Below, in pieces: positions 40,311-49,818 of a stretch of 64,000 nucleotides of DNA. This DNA is from an uncultured Candidatus Saccharibacteria bacterium (GTDB taxonomy: Bacteria; Patescibacteriota; Minisyncoccia; UBA6257; GWB1-50-10). The notes under the pieces are model-generated. The model saw only the letters and a list, made by a program, of their open reading frames with translations, was not told the DNA's origin and searched no databases. Within the stretch, counting starts at the first letter, position 1; each line of letters starts with the position of its first letter. The translations under genes were made by a program, and so were the position numbers. The stretch lies in assembly GCA_964449245.1 (NCBI GenBank), contig CAYUXY010000003.1, forward strand, positions 13,222-77,221, in the 5' to 3' direction.

Positions 40311-41173
40311 TTGTTTAGCCACTCTACAATCTTTTTTGCCATTACACCTTCGCGTTCAAAATAGCTATGCGTCGCCCCTTCAATGACATCCGTATCAAAT
40401 TTTGAAACATTTTTTGTCTTGCTTTTTATAATTTGCAAAGCTTCTTCCGGCGGATATATAAGCGCGTCGTCCTTTTCTCCCAAAAATGCAAACGTAGGAA
40501 TTTTTATATTGCCTAAAACCGACGAGGCTGTTTCGTCATAAACATTAAAAACATCAATCGGATTTCCACGCATACCGAAATCTATGCATGTATTTGCAGA
40601 CAAACGGTATCCGTCCCAAATTTCTACTGGCAGAAAAACTTCTCCGTGACCTTCGCTTATCATTTTTTTAGCCTCAGCGATCAACACGCTAAAATTCTCT
40701 TCGGCTTCCGCAAGTCCTATCATATCGGGCGGAGACATTAGAATAAGTTTTCCTATTCTTTTATCCTGTGTTTTTGCAATATAGTACGCGACTTTGACGG
40801 ATCCCAAACTATGCCCGCAAAGCACGATATTTTTGTATCCGCGCTTTTCAAGGAAATCTATTCCAGCCTTTATATCGAAAATACATTCTTCAAATTTCTC
40901 ATAAGCATTGCCGATTCTTTTAAACTTTTCGTCATTTCCAGCTATCGGAATATCTGCTATATAATCATGCCCGCGATTGTTTGCGCCAAAGAAAGCGTAC
41001 CCATTATCAGTGATTTCTTTTGCCATTACATCAAGAAACCTGTTTTCATAAAAATTCCCCGCCATTCCGTGTATATGCAAATATGCCTTGTCTGTATAAA
41101 TATCAGGCGTATGAATAAGCCCCTGCAAAATGAGCCCGTCATCCGTATTAAATCTCACTAATTCTGTTTTCAT
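40307..41173 (-). CDS. Alpha/beta hydrolase (DUF1749-like)
   Basis: HIHGMAGNFY, GHSLG nucleophile and GATHSY. Confidence 0.85.
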   Translation of the reverse strand: MKTELVRFNTDDGLILQGLIHTPDIYTDKAYLHIHGMAGNFYENRFLDVMAKEITDNGYAFFGANNRGHDYIADIPIAGNDEKFKRIGNAYEKFEECIFDIKAGIDFLEKRGYKNIVLCGHSLGSVKVAYYIAKTQDKRIGKLILMSPPDMIGLAEAEENFSVLIAEAKKMISEGHGEVFLPVEIWDGYRLSANTCIDFGMRGNPIDVFNVYDETASSVLGNIKIPTFAFLGEKDDALIYPPEEALQIIKSKTKNVSKFDTDVIEGATHSYFEREGVMAKKIVEWLNK

Positions 41174-41183
41174 AGTTCCTATT

Positions 41184-41792
41184 TTACACGATTTTCTTCG
41201 AAATGAAATTTAGATACTTTTTTGTTTTTGGTTTAAATTCTTCAAAATACTCGATTTTAAATCCATATTTTTGGAGCAAATCTTCTATTTCGTCTTTTTT
41301 AAAGAAACTAAACCATCTAAGCTGTTCTACTCCGGAACTTTTCCTATATAATTCTCCATCGCCCTCAATAAGCCCAAGATCAAAAATGCCATCTGCTTTT
41401 AATACACGTTTTATTTCCAAAATCGATTTTTCAATTTCTGATTTTGGGACGTGTAATAATGAAGTATACGCCCATACGCCATCGAATGAGCCATCTTCGA
41501 ATGGTAGATTATTAAAATCGCCTACAACTGATTCGAGATTTAACACGCGCGACATTTTTACCATCTCTTCAGACGCATCTAGACAAACGACATCTAATCC
41601 CGCGTTTTTTAAAATAAGCCCGTCTCTTCCCGGACCACTACCGATATTTAAAATCCTTCCACCCATTCCAACTGATGTTACGAATGCGTCAATAATGGTT
41701 CGTGGAAATTGGCTCCAAAATTCCTCTGTTTCGGAATCATATTCTTTAGCTAAATTATTATATGTATCTATTGTTTGCTTATCCATATTCAC
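41184..41792 (-). CDS. Class I SAM-dependent methyltransferase
   Basis: ILNIGSGPG and FDGVWAYTSLLH motifs. Confidence 0.9.
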   Translation of the reverse strand: MNMDKQTIDTYNNLAKEYDSETEEFWSQFPRTIIDAFVTSVGMGGRILNIGSGPGRDGLILKNAGLDVVCLDASEEMVKMSRVLNLESVVGDFNNLPFEDGSFDGVWAYTSLLHVPKSEIEKSILEIKRVLKADGIFDLGLIEGDGELYRKSSGVEQLRWFSFFKKDEIEDLLQKYGFKIEYFEEFKPKTKKYLNFISKKIV

Positions 41793-41795
41793 TAT

Positions 41796-42401
41796 TCATT
41801 CAATCACGCGCTCGACTAAATCATCAATAAAAATCGCTTGATTGTCGGTCAATTCCATTACTCTATATTTCACTTTTTTTCTGAACTCTTCCACTTCCGA
41901 ACGCAACTCCTCGTGAAAATGAGGGAAAACAACGATGCCTGTAAAATTAAATCCACTCAAATCTTCGAGGCCAATTTCATTTTTATCGCCCTCCGTACCC
42001 CATCCCGATATTTCAATATTTGGTCCCGCAATAATACTTCCTGCAGAAACTCCGATGTAGAAAGCTCCTAAATTTACTTGATTTATAATAAGCTTATCAA
42101 GCTTCGTTTCTCTCAACTTATTTAATATTGCAAACGTATTTCCACCGCACACATAAATTGCATCACAATTAATGATTGAATTTACATCTATCGGATAATG
42201 CATATTTAGAACTATCACATCTTTAAATCCGATCTCCTTAATTTCCTGTACTGATTCATCAACATAAAACTGTTCTTGGCTATTTATCGCATAAGCTACG
42301 ATTAAAACCCTGCATTTTTCTACCGGCTTGGCAAGCTGTTTAAGAAACACATCGGCAATTTTTTTATTTACAAATCCAGTGGACGTGAGAAGTAGCCTCA
42401 T
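41796..42401 (-). CDS. Peptidase E (S51) family
   Basis: LLLTSTG, YVCGGNT, GVSAGS and FPH motifs. Confidence 0.9.
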   Translation of the reverse strand: MRLLLTSTGFVNKKIADVFLKQLAKPVEKCRVLIVAYAINSQEQFYVDESVQEIKEIGFKDVIVLNMHYPIDVNSIINCDAIYVCGGNTFAILNKLRETKLDKLIINQVNLGAFYIGVSAGSIIAGPNIEISGWGTEGDKNEIGLEDLSGFNFTGIVVFPHFHEELRSEVEEFRKKVKYRVMELTDNQAIFIDDLVERVIE

Positions 42402-42536
42402 AAGATTAACAATAACAAAATTATACTATAACTCCGATAACTTTTTAAAATTGTTTGAAAAATAAGCCGTTTTTTGTCACTTTACGCCTACAGTCATAAA
42501 ATAGCGGTTTATGTGAGTATCAAGTACAATGAATGG

Positions 42537-42995
42537 ATGAACTCCCCATACGAAGATCGCGGAGCAAACATTGAAGATATCATTACCCAGCTATCTCTCC
42601 TTTCCATCAAACAGAAAGAGCTTGTTTTGGAATATCTAAAAGATACGCTAAAAACAGATAAAGAAAATGAACCTAAACAAATCAAATCAATTCGTACAAC
42701 GACATCGTCTTTGGAAGAGATGGTGCAGTTATATCCAAATGTGGATTTTGCGGGCTTCATTTCCAGAAACAATGATAAAGAACAGTATCAGTTATGGAAA
42801 CTCATTGATGCCTTTGGCGATGTTGTTAAAAAAATAGGAAATGACAATTTCAAAAAACTGCAAATCACATTGATTGTCTTCGGAGATAAAATTACGTATG
42901 TAAGTAACGGCAGTATCGCCATAAATTATGAGCGTTTTTCAAAAAACGATTTAGTGGCTCAACTCGTCGGTATGTTCCGCAGTCAGGAAGGATAG
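42537..42995 (+). CDS. Hypothetical protein
   Basis: Isolated plus-strand ORF; ATG lies 6 nt after TACAAT. Confidence 0.55.
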   Translation: MNSPYEDRGANIEDIITQLSLLSIKQKELVLEYLKDTLKTDKENEPKQIKSIRTTTSSLEEMVQLYPNVDFAGFISRNNDKEQYQLWKLIDAFGDVVKKIGNDNFKKLQITLIVFGDKITYVSNGSIAINYERFSKNDLVAQLVGMFRSQEG

Positions 42996-43002
42996 TATAT
43001 TT

Positions 43003-44334
43003 TTATAAACTCATAACTTTCTCAACATTGCTTCCTTCTTCGTAAATTACCAAATCGTCGGACGACATATTCCAAGCTTTTTGAATCACATCCACAATGC
43101 GCCACATTTCCAATATTTCATCACTCGACGAAAATAATGTGTGATCTGAATTTATTGCATCAAAAAAGACTTGCTCGTATGCCTCAGGAAACACTTTATA
43201 GTGATCGCGGAAAGCAAACTCGAGCTTGTGGCACTCTGTCTGATGATCGTATCCGGGCTTCTTTGCCCAAATAGAAAGCTCAACTCCTTCGTTCGGTTGC
43301 AAACGCAAAGTAAGTTTATTTGCCTCGTGCCCATTGCTTTTTTTATAAAAAATAGTAATTCCGGTAAATTGGCTGTCGAGAGATTTTCCTGTCGTAAGCG
43401 TAATCGGGACGCCTCGCCATTGCTCTTCGTCGGATTCCAAAATAAGAGACACGAATGTTTCAACCGTACTATTCAAATTACCGGTTTCTTTCCTGTAATT
43501 TTCGTATTGTCCGCGTTTTACGAAATCTTTGATTGGCTTTCCTTCCGGTAGATGTAGATATTGCAAAGCATCGAGCCTTTCTTTTGGAACATCTTTTATA
43601 TCATCTGATAAATCCATGAGTACAAGCGCGGCTAATTGGAATAAGTGGCTTTGAAAATCTCTAAGAGCGCCCGTCTGCTCGTAAAAAACGGTTCTGCCAT
43701 TTATACCTTCCTTTTCAATCGCTGTTATTTCGATACGTTCTATAAAATCTTTATTCCATGTTCGCTTAAAAAGCGTATTGTCGTGGCGAAATGTGATTAT
43801 ATTCCGTACGCTTTCTTTAGCTAAATAGTGATCAATTCTGTAGACACTTTCCTCTTTAAAATACTTGCCTATGTGTCCGATCAATTCTTTTGCGCTTTCC
43901 AAATCAACTCCAAAAGGTTTTTCGAGCAAAAGTTTCGTTCTCGGCTCATCAGACAATTTCGTTTCGCCTAAGAGCTTTACTATCGGCGAAGACACTTGTG
44001 GTGGAACGGAGAGATAAAACAATCTCTGAGTTTCTTCTCCAAATTCTTTTTCTATTTCTTTCAAACGAACATTCAATCGTTCGTAATCTTTTGCATCTAA
44101 AAGATCCATAGAAAAAAGCTCTAAATGCTCGAATAAATAATCTCCGGTCATATTTTTGTCGCCAAGCAAGGTTTCTTTTGTAATTGTCGTTTGTCTTGTA
44201 ATGCCCACTATGCGGAATTTATCCGATAGCTCCCCCGCTTCCGACATTTTTCTAATCGCCGGCAGAAGTTTTCTGCGTGATAAGTCTCCGGAAATGCCGA
44301 TAATAATTAATATTGTTGGCTGTTTACTATTCAT
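43003..44334 (-). CDS. zwf: Glucose-6-phosphate 1-dehydrogenase
   Basis: GISGDLSRRKL, LEKPFG and YRIDHYLAKE motifs. Confidence 0.95.
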   Translation of the reverse strand: MNSKQPTILIIIGISGDLSRRKLLPAIRKMSEAGELSDKFRIVGITRQTTITKETLLGDKNMTGDYLFEHLELFSMDLLDAKDYERLNVRLKEIEKEFGEETQRLFYLSVPPQVSSPIVKLLGETKLSDEPRTKLLLEKPFGVDLESAKELIGHIGKYFKEESVYRIDHYLAKESVRNIITFRHDNTLFKRTWNKDFIERIEITAIEKEGINGRTVFYEQTGALRDFQSHLFQLAALVLMDLSDDIKDVPKERLDALQYLHLPEGKPIKDFVKRGQYENYRKETGNLNSTVETFVSLILESDEEQWRGVPITLTTGKSLDSQFTGITIFYKKSNGHEANKLTLRLQPNEGVELSIWAKKPGYDHQTECHKLEFAFRDHYKVFPEAYEQVFFDAINSDHTLFSSSDEILEMWRIVDVIQKAWNMSSDDLVIYEEGSNVEKVMSL

Positions 44335-44345
44335 ATATCAAAAAG

Positions 44346-45248
44346 TTATTTATTCAGTTTATGCCCTCCGAAAGCGTTCCGCATTGCGGCCAAAAGCTTT
44401 GTTGCAAAATTCACATTTCCTTTTTGCGATTCAAGGCGTACATCGAATGCGGCCTGAATCGATGGCGTTTCAATATTATATTCCTTTGCAGACTCGAGCG
44501 CCCAGCGCGCTTCGCCCGACTCCGCAACAAACCCGTCTATACCTTCGAGCTCCGGATTTTCTTTAAGGGCGTCCCGACTAAGCTCGTTTAGCCAAGATGT
44601 AATAACGCTGTGATGTTGCCAAACTTCTCCTGCAGAAGATAGATCAATATTTTTATACGGCCCTTCGTGCAATAAACGATACCCTTCCGCCAAACTCTCC
44701 ATCATTCCGTATTCAATCGCGTTATGCGTCATTTTTACGAAATGCCCTGAACCAGACTCCCCGAAAAAGTGGTACGCTCCTGATGGTGCGGATAAAGATA
44801 CAAGCGCTGGCTCGATAATTTTGAAAGCATTCTCGTCTCCGCCAACCATCATTGAAAATCCGTTTTTGTATCCCCATATTCCTCCGCTTGTTCCGATATC
44901 AAGTAGAACCGAACCTTTTTCTTCAACAAGTTTTGCCCGTTTTTTCGTCAGTCGAAAATCAGAATTACCGCCATCGATTAAGATGCTCCCTTTTGGAATA
45001 ATTTCGAGCCATACGCTTAATTCGTCATCAACAACTTCGGCCGGAATCATAAGCCAAAGAACGAGCCTCTCGCCTGAAAAGTTTTTTACCGTTTCTTCTT
45101 TTGAGTATGCCGGAATTAATCCGAGTTTCGCCATTTCTTCTATCGGTTCACGGCTTCTGTTATTCGCAATAACAATATGCCCGTCTTCGTGAAATTTACG
45201 GGCGATTTGTTTTCCCATCCTCCCTAATCCTGATATTGCTATTTTCAT
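44346..45248 (-). CDS. gnd: 6-phosphogluconate dehydrogenase (short, YqeC type)
   Basis: GLGRMG, IDGGNS, GTSGG, GHFVKMTHNAIEYG and RNAFGGH motifs. Confidence 0.95.
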   Translation of the reverse strand: MKIAISGLGRMGKQIARKFHEDGHIVIANNRSREPIEEMAKLGLIPAYSKEETVKNFSGERLVLWLMIPAEVVDDELSVWLEIIPKGSILIDGGNSDFRLTKKRAKLVEEKGSVLLDIGTSGGIWGYKNGFSMMVGGDENAFKIIEPALVSLSAPSGAYHFFGESGSGHFVKMTHNAIEYGMMESLAEGYRLLHEGPYKNIDLSSAGEVWQHHSVITSWLNELSRDALKENPELEGIDGFVAESGEARWALESAKEYNIETPSIQAAFDVRLESQKGNVNFATKLLAAMRNAFGGHKLNK

Positions 45249-45913
45249 ATGTTTTTATAATCGGTAAATATGGTTAATTTTGACGCCTTTTTTATAGCTT
45301 GAGCCGGCATATCGCTTACTGAAATTTCACTTCTTAACTTACCTAAAGCATGCCACTTTGCATCTCCGACTGCAAAAGCAATCGCTTCATCGAGCTTTGA
45401 TATGGCGTGAGCTGTCATAGTGATTCTTGTATAATCTCCCGCAACATATCCTACAGCAAATTCTGGAGAATTAATGTCGGGGCTATTCGGCAATATCCCT
45501 GCAGTATGCCCGTCTTCTCCAATTCCGAAAAGGCCTATTTTATAATCTGCGCCGGATAATTTTTCCATCAATAGATTGTTATATGTTTTTATCGTCGATT
45601 CAAAATCATCGCCATTCAAAACCGGATAAACCCGCAACGCTTCTAAATCAAGCCCTGCATTTTTCAGCTTAAGCCAATTTGAATTTTCGTGCCGAACGGG
45701 GCCGAAACGCTCGTCTGTAAGCGAAATAGACAATCGACCCAATAATTCGTGTGGAATAAGTTTTGACGCCAAAACTGCGATTATGCTTGCTGACCCTCCG
45801 GGCATAAGCCAAAAAACGCTTCTTCCATTTTTAAGAGCGTTTATAATCGGCTCGGCAACATACACGGCAACGAGTTTCGGATCAACAATATTTTGAAAAT
45901 TTACCTTCGGCAT
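45245..45913 (-). CDS. pgl: 6-phosphogluconolactonase
   Basis: PGGS, DERF, GIGEDGHTA and RITMT motifs; in an operon with gnd and zwf. Confidence 0.85.
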   Translation of the reverse strand: MPKVNFQNIVDPKLVAVYVAEPIINALKNGRSVFWLMPGGSASIIAVLASKLIPHELLGRLSISLTDERFGPVRHENSNWLKLKNAGLDLEALRVYPVLNGDDFESTIKTYNNLLMEKLSGADYKIGLFGIGEDGHTAGILPNSPDINSPEFAVGYVAGDYTRITMTAHAISKLDEAIAFAVGDAKWHALGKLRSEISVSDMPAQAIKKASKLTIFTDYKNI

Positions 45914-47742
45914 TTCGAGTATAACTCTTTAGCCTCTTCAATCATATTGCCCAGTCCGATATTTATTCCGTCGGCCCAAAAACTCGGGTGAGTCGGGTCG
46001 AGACTAAAAGGCTTTAAAAGTTGAGTCACATTTTTAGTCATTCCGGACTTCAACATATCAAGATACAGCGGTTCAAATTTATCTCCAAAATCATCCTGTC
46101 TCGCATAGATACTTTGAGTTAAAAGCTCTCCGAAAGCATAGCCGTAATTATAAAAAGGTCTATGAAAGTGCCCGATATAAGCCCAGAGATGCTCAATGTT
46201 TTTATACGAAAACACTTCTCCGTCTTCGCCATAAAGCTCTTTTATTGTTTCAATCCATATTTTATCCAGCTCCTTAACTGAAAGTTTTTTAGGCGAGCTC
46301 CAATGTTTATAATTTTCATCCATACCGTGAATTCTGCGTTCAAAATTGGAAAATCCGATTTGCCTAACTGTTGTATTTATCGTGTCATCTATTTTTCCCA
46401 TAAGGAGCGCGAGTAATGATTTTATATCCCCTTTTTCTATAAGTTTCTTTTTCAAAAAATTGAAAGTTGTCACTTCGCCGAAAACCGAAGCTGTTTCGCA
46501 ATACGCGATTGGCGCGTGAAACATAAGCGGACCCTGTGCTACGCCAGAAATAATTCCGTGAACGCCGTGTCCAAACTCGTGTGCCAGTGTCATGACATCG
46601 CGATTTGAACCCATATAATTAATTAGCGTAAAAGATGCCGGAGTATATTTCGGTAAAACAACCGAGTAATTAAACCCTCCGCTTATCTTCCCTTTTACCG
46701 CCGGAGCGTCGATTTTCTTTGTTTCTATAAACCTTTTTACCATCCCCGCAAGAGTCGGGCTAAAGCTTTCGTATGCCTCGGTAACGATTTTCATCGCGTC
46801 GTTAAATGGAATGCGAGTCGTGTCCGAGAAAGGCAGTGGCGCGTTTCTATCACTCCATTTTAATTTTTTAAGTCCAAGTACCGATGCCTTTAATTTGTAA
46901 TAATCCTTGACTAATGGCGTGGCATTTTTCTTAATTGCCAAATGGAGCGCGTTTACGACTTCGTCCGATACTTGATTTGATTTATTACGCGGAACCATCG
47001 GATTTTTATAATTCCGTTCTTTCAATTCAACAGCGTTCTCTCCTGTAATCATATACAGAGTTTGAGCGGAATATTTTGCAAACGTCCCGCCTAACCCGCT
47101 GTTAATAATAGACATAACTTCGCTTCTTTCGTCTGAATTTTTCGATTCCGAAAGTAAATGAGTCATTTCGGTAAGCGTTTTTTTCTTGCCTTTAAATTCA
47201 AACTCGAGATCTGCCTCAACCTCGTCAAAAAACTCGCTCCATGCGCCCGCGCTAAATGGGGCTCTTTTTATGATGGCCGACTCGACTTCTTCGCTTAATA
47301 TATGAGACTTAAAAATCCGTATGTGTTCTATCCACGGACGATGTTTATTAACTAATTTGTCTTTTTTATAAAACGCCGATAGCTCTTTCTCTGTAAACTT
47401 AACAATCTCGATTTCTAAGAATGTCAGATATGCTCCGTGCAAATGGCTCAAAACCCTATTTACTTCCGCTACTTTTGAATTTACATCCGAATTCCTCACG
47501 TTCTCGCTTTGCTTTAGATACAGATAAAGCGTTATTTTGTTTTCAAGCATAGCAATTTCAGAATAATCATTTATCGCTATTCTTAGCGTTCTTTTCAGAT
47601 TTCCTTTATGCGTGGAATAAAACTTTTTCGCCTTCGCGGTTAATTTTTTAATGTCGGCATCAATCTGCGGGTCTTTAATGCCGGAGTATAAACCGCTTAA
47701 ATCCCATCTGTATTTTTCCGCACCTACTTTTTTGTTTGACAT
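45901..47742 (-). CDS. Oligoendopeptidase F (M3B)
   Basis: WDLSGLY, TLAHEFGHGVH, ETASVFGE and HF..PFY.Y.YA motifs. Confidence 0.92.
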   Translation of the reverse strand: MSNKKVGAEKYRWDLSGLYSGIKDPQIDADIKKLTAKAKKFYSTHKGNLKRTLRIAINDYSEIAMLENKITLYLYLKQSENVRNSDVNSKVAEVNRVLSHLHGAYLTFLEIEIVKFTEKELSAFYKKDKLVNKHRPWIEHIRIFKSHILSEEVESAIIKRAPFSAGAWSEFFDEVEADLEFEFKGKKKTLTEMTHLLSESKNSDERSEVMSIINSGLGGTFAKYSAQTLYMITGENAVELKERNYKNPMVPRNKSNQVSDEVVNALHLAIKKNATPLVKDYYKLKASVLGLKKLKWSDRNAPLPFSDTTRIPFNDAMKIVTEAYESFSPTLAGMVKRFIETKKIDAPAVKGKISGGFNYSVVLPKYTPASFTLINYMGSNRDVMTLAHEFGHGVHGIISGVAQGPLMFHAPIAYCETASVFGEVTTFNFLKKKLIEKGDIKSLLALLMGKIDDTINTTVRQIGFSNFERRIHGMDENYKHWSSPKKLSVKELDKIWIETIKELYGEDGEVFSYKNIEHLWAYIGHFHRPFYNYGYAFGELLTQSIYARQDDFGDKFEPLYLDMLKSGMTKNVTQLLKPFSLDPTHPSFWADGINIGLGNMIEEAKELYSKCRR

Positions 47743-47758
47743 GATTGAATAATATAAG

Positions 47759-47935
47759 TTGAAAGGCAAAAGTTACAAGATAAAAGTAAAAATACAAATT
47801 TCTAATTATTTAATTTTGCCTGCCCGATTGAATGAATCGGTCGTTCGGGCGGGAATTTCGATTGAATGTGTTAATGATTGAATTTATTAATAAATTTATC
47901 TGCGCTATATACGATATACAATATTCTATATACTT
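47759..47935. repeat. Composite periodic-repeat block with an inserted palindrome
   Basis: NNNAAAG heptamers, then a copy of the 20252-20305 motif interrupted by cctgcccga...tcgggcggg, then a copy of the 18105-18130 motif. Confidence 0.7.
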
Positions 47936-47968
47936 CTCTGCTTTCCTTTTTTATCTTATATCGTCAAT

Positions 47969-48520
47969 TTATTTTTCCATCTCTTGCAGTTTCCCGTCTT
48001 TAATAATCAAATATTTTGATATCCCGATTGATGGTTGTGTTGTCATAGGCTCATCTGGTTTCCTATCGGCATAGTTTGCAATGACCACACTATAGAGATC
48101 ATCCGACTGTTCTTTCGAAATATTGATATTTTGTGGCGCGATTCTGTCTCCCAAAAATATGGCGTTTGTTCCTATATGTTCTCCGTTTTCGTTTAACGCT
48201 ACCGCTACATAATAAAATATTCCGCTCCCGCCTAAATCCTGCGTTATAAACATAGCTGAATCTTCATCTCCGTCATTATCAAGATCGGCATAAACCGGCT
48301 CGCCGAAAATTGTTGTTGTGATTTTTGTTGCTGAATCCGGAGCTATTTCAATTTCCGATTTCCCGTCCACCATCGCTATGCCCTTGCCGTCAATAACATA
48401 TGTAGCGTTTAACGGGCTTGAAATTGATGTGCTTGAAATAGGAGCGTTATATTCTTTCCACATGACCCAAACACCATAAATAATGGCTATTAATACAATA
48501 AAAATTATGAGCCTTTTCAT
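47969..48520 (-). CDS. Membrane-anchored hypothetical protein
   Basis: N-terminal TM helix; DLDNDGDED, GGSGIFYY and LGDRI motifs. Confidence 0.75.
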   Translation of the reverse strand: MKRLIIFIVLIAIIYGVWVMWKEYNAPISSTSISSPLNATYVIDGKGIAMVDGKSEIEIAPDSATKITTTIFGEPVYADLDNDGDEDSAMFITQDLGGSGIFYYVAVALNENGEHIGTNAIFLGDRIAPQNINISKEQSDDLYSVVIANYADRKPDEPMTTQPSIGISKYLIIKDGKLQEMEK

Positions 48521-48639
48521 ATATATAGATTAACATAAAAAATCACTTGTTACATAAAATTTTTAAGGTTTACAAAATCAGTGTTTTGTGGCATTTTTTA
48601 GACAGAATAACTAACAATTTAGAAAGGCGGGTGAAAAAA

Positions 48640-48912
48640 ATGAGAACAGTCCACAGTGATTCTTTGGGGGTTTGTGAGCATTGCGGGCATATTTTTCCGG
48701 CCCGCGATGTCGTTAAAGAAGGAGAAGATGGGAAATGTCCAAAGTGTAATAAAGAAATTTCCGCAGCAACCTTTGGGTATAGGAAGTTTAGAAAAAAATG
48801 GAGAAAAAATCGGTGGCTCGGCCCAGATGGAAAATGGATCGATACGGAACCATCCGAAAACTTCTCAATTGGAGAATTGTACATAATAGTTTCCAAACGA
48901 GAATATCATTAA
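48640..48912 (+). CDS. Small Zn-ribbon protein
   Basis: CEHC...CPKC; SD-like AAAGGCGG; own terminator. Confidence 0.65.
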   Translation: MRTVHSDSLGVCEHCGHIFPARDVVKEGEDGKCPKCNKEISAATFGYRKFRKKWRKNRWLGPDGKWIDTEPSENFSIGELYIIVSKREYH

Positions 48913-48941
48913 AAAGCAGATGGAGAAACTCCATCTGCTTT
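48913..48941. terminator. Bidirectional hairpin terminator
   Basis: aaagcagatggag-aaa-ctccatctgcttt between convergent genes. Confidence 0.8.
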
Positions 48942-48961
48942 CACGTTATTTTGGAATAAAT

Positions 48962-49813
48962 TTATACTTTATCTGAATAAAATTTCTGGTTATAAATCTC
49001 TAATATTAGCCTGCCTTTTTCTCCTTGATCGGGACATCCTTTGTATATAGTTACGCCACAATTTATTGGCTTATCGGTATTGTCTATTTCTATAAATTTT
49101 TCACGATCCCATCTTTCGAGATTCGCCCTTAGGCTCAACAACGTCAAATGATGCGAGATGACGAGTACATTCTGATTAGAGTTTTCCCTAATAAGTGTTG
49201 AAATAAAACTACGCATTCTGTCGCGAACGTCCGCCTTGTTCTCTCCGTTCAAATAGCGATATTCATAATCCCCCTCCAGCTTGAATAAAAGTCCTTGAAG
49301 AGGATTGAACACGTAGTATATTTTCCAGTCGTTAAATAGCGTCCCTATGCCGTGCTCCTGTTCACGAACCCTTTCGTCATAAATCGTTTTTACGTTCGCT
49401 AAATCCGGCCAACTCTTCTTTATCGCGTCAAAAGTCTGGCGAGTTCGAAGATAAGTTGAAACATAAACAACGTCCGGCAGATATATTTTATTTTTCAGTA
49501 TTAATCCGGTTTCTTCGGCCTGCAAAAATCCGGATTCCGTAAGAGGCGTATTATAATCGCTAACATTAAGCTTCGTTTTTTCCCATATCTGCGTTGCCAT
49601 TGATTTAAGACTATCACTCGGCCAGTTATCTGACTTAGCGTTTTTGAATTCATCGTCGAACAGTTCGCAAAATTTTTTATATTCTGGATCCTGTTTCTTT
49701 GCTATCTTAAGCTGATTATATAATGACTCTCCGTGCCTTATAAATACGAGCGACGATGGCCATTTCATATTTGCATCGTATTCATTTGCACTATTTTCTT
49801 CTGAATAATTCAT
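48962..49813 (-). CDS. Histidine phosphatase family protein
   Basis: FIRHGES, STYLRTRQT and VISH motifs. Confidence 0.9.
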   Translation of the reverse strand: MNYSEENSANEYDANMKWPSSLVFIRHGESLYNQLKIAKKQDPEYKKFCELFDDEFKNAKSDNWPSDSLKSMATQIWEKTKLNVSDYNTPLTESGFLQAEETGLILKNKIYLPDVVYVSTYLRTRQTFDAIKKSWPDLANVKTIYDERVREQEHGIGTLFNDWKIYYVFNPLQGLLFKLEGDYEYRYLNGENKADVRDRMRSFISTLIRENSNQNVLVISHHLTLLSLRANLERWDREKFIEIDNTDKPINCGVTIYKGCPDQGEKGRLILEIYNQKFYSDKV

Positions 49814-49818
49814 CGCTT

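Noticed and set aside
43003-45913. zwf-gnd-pgl cluster as a novelty
   Set aside because: It is an ordinary oxidative pentose phosphate operon
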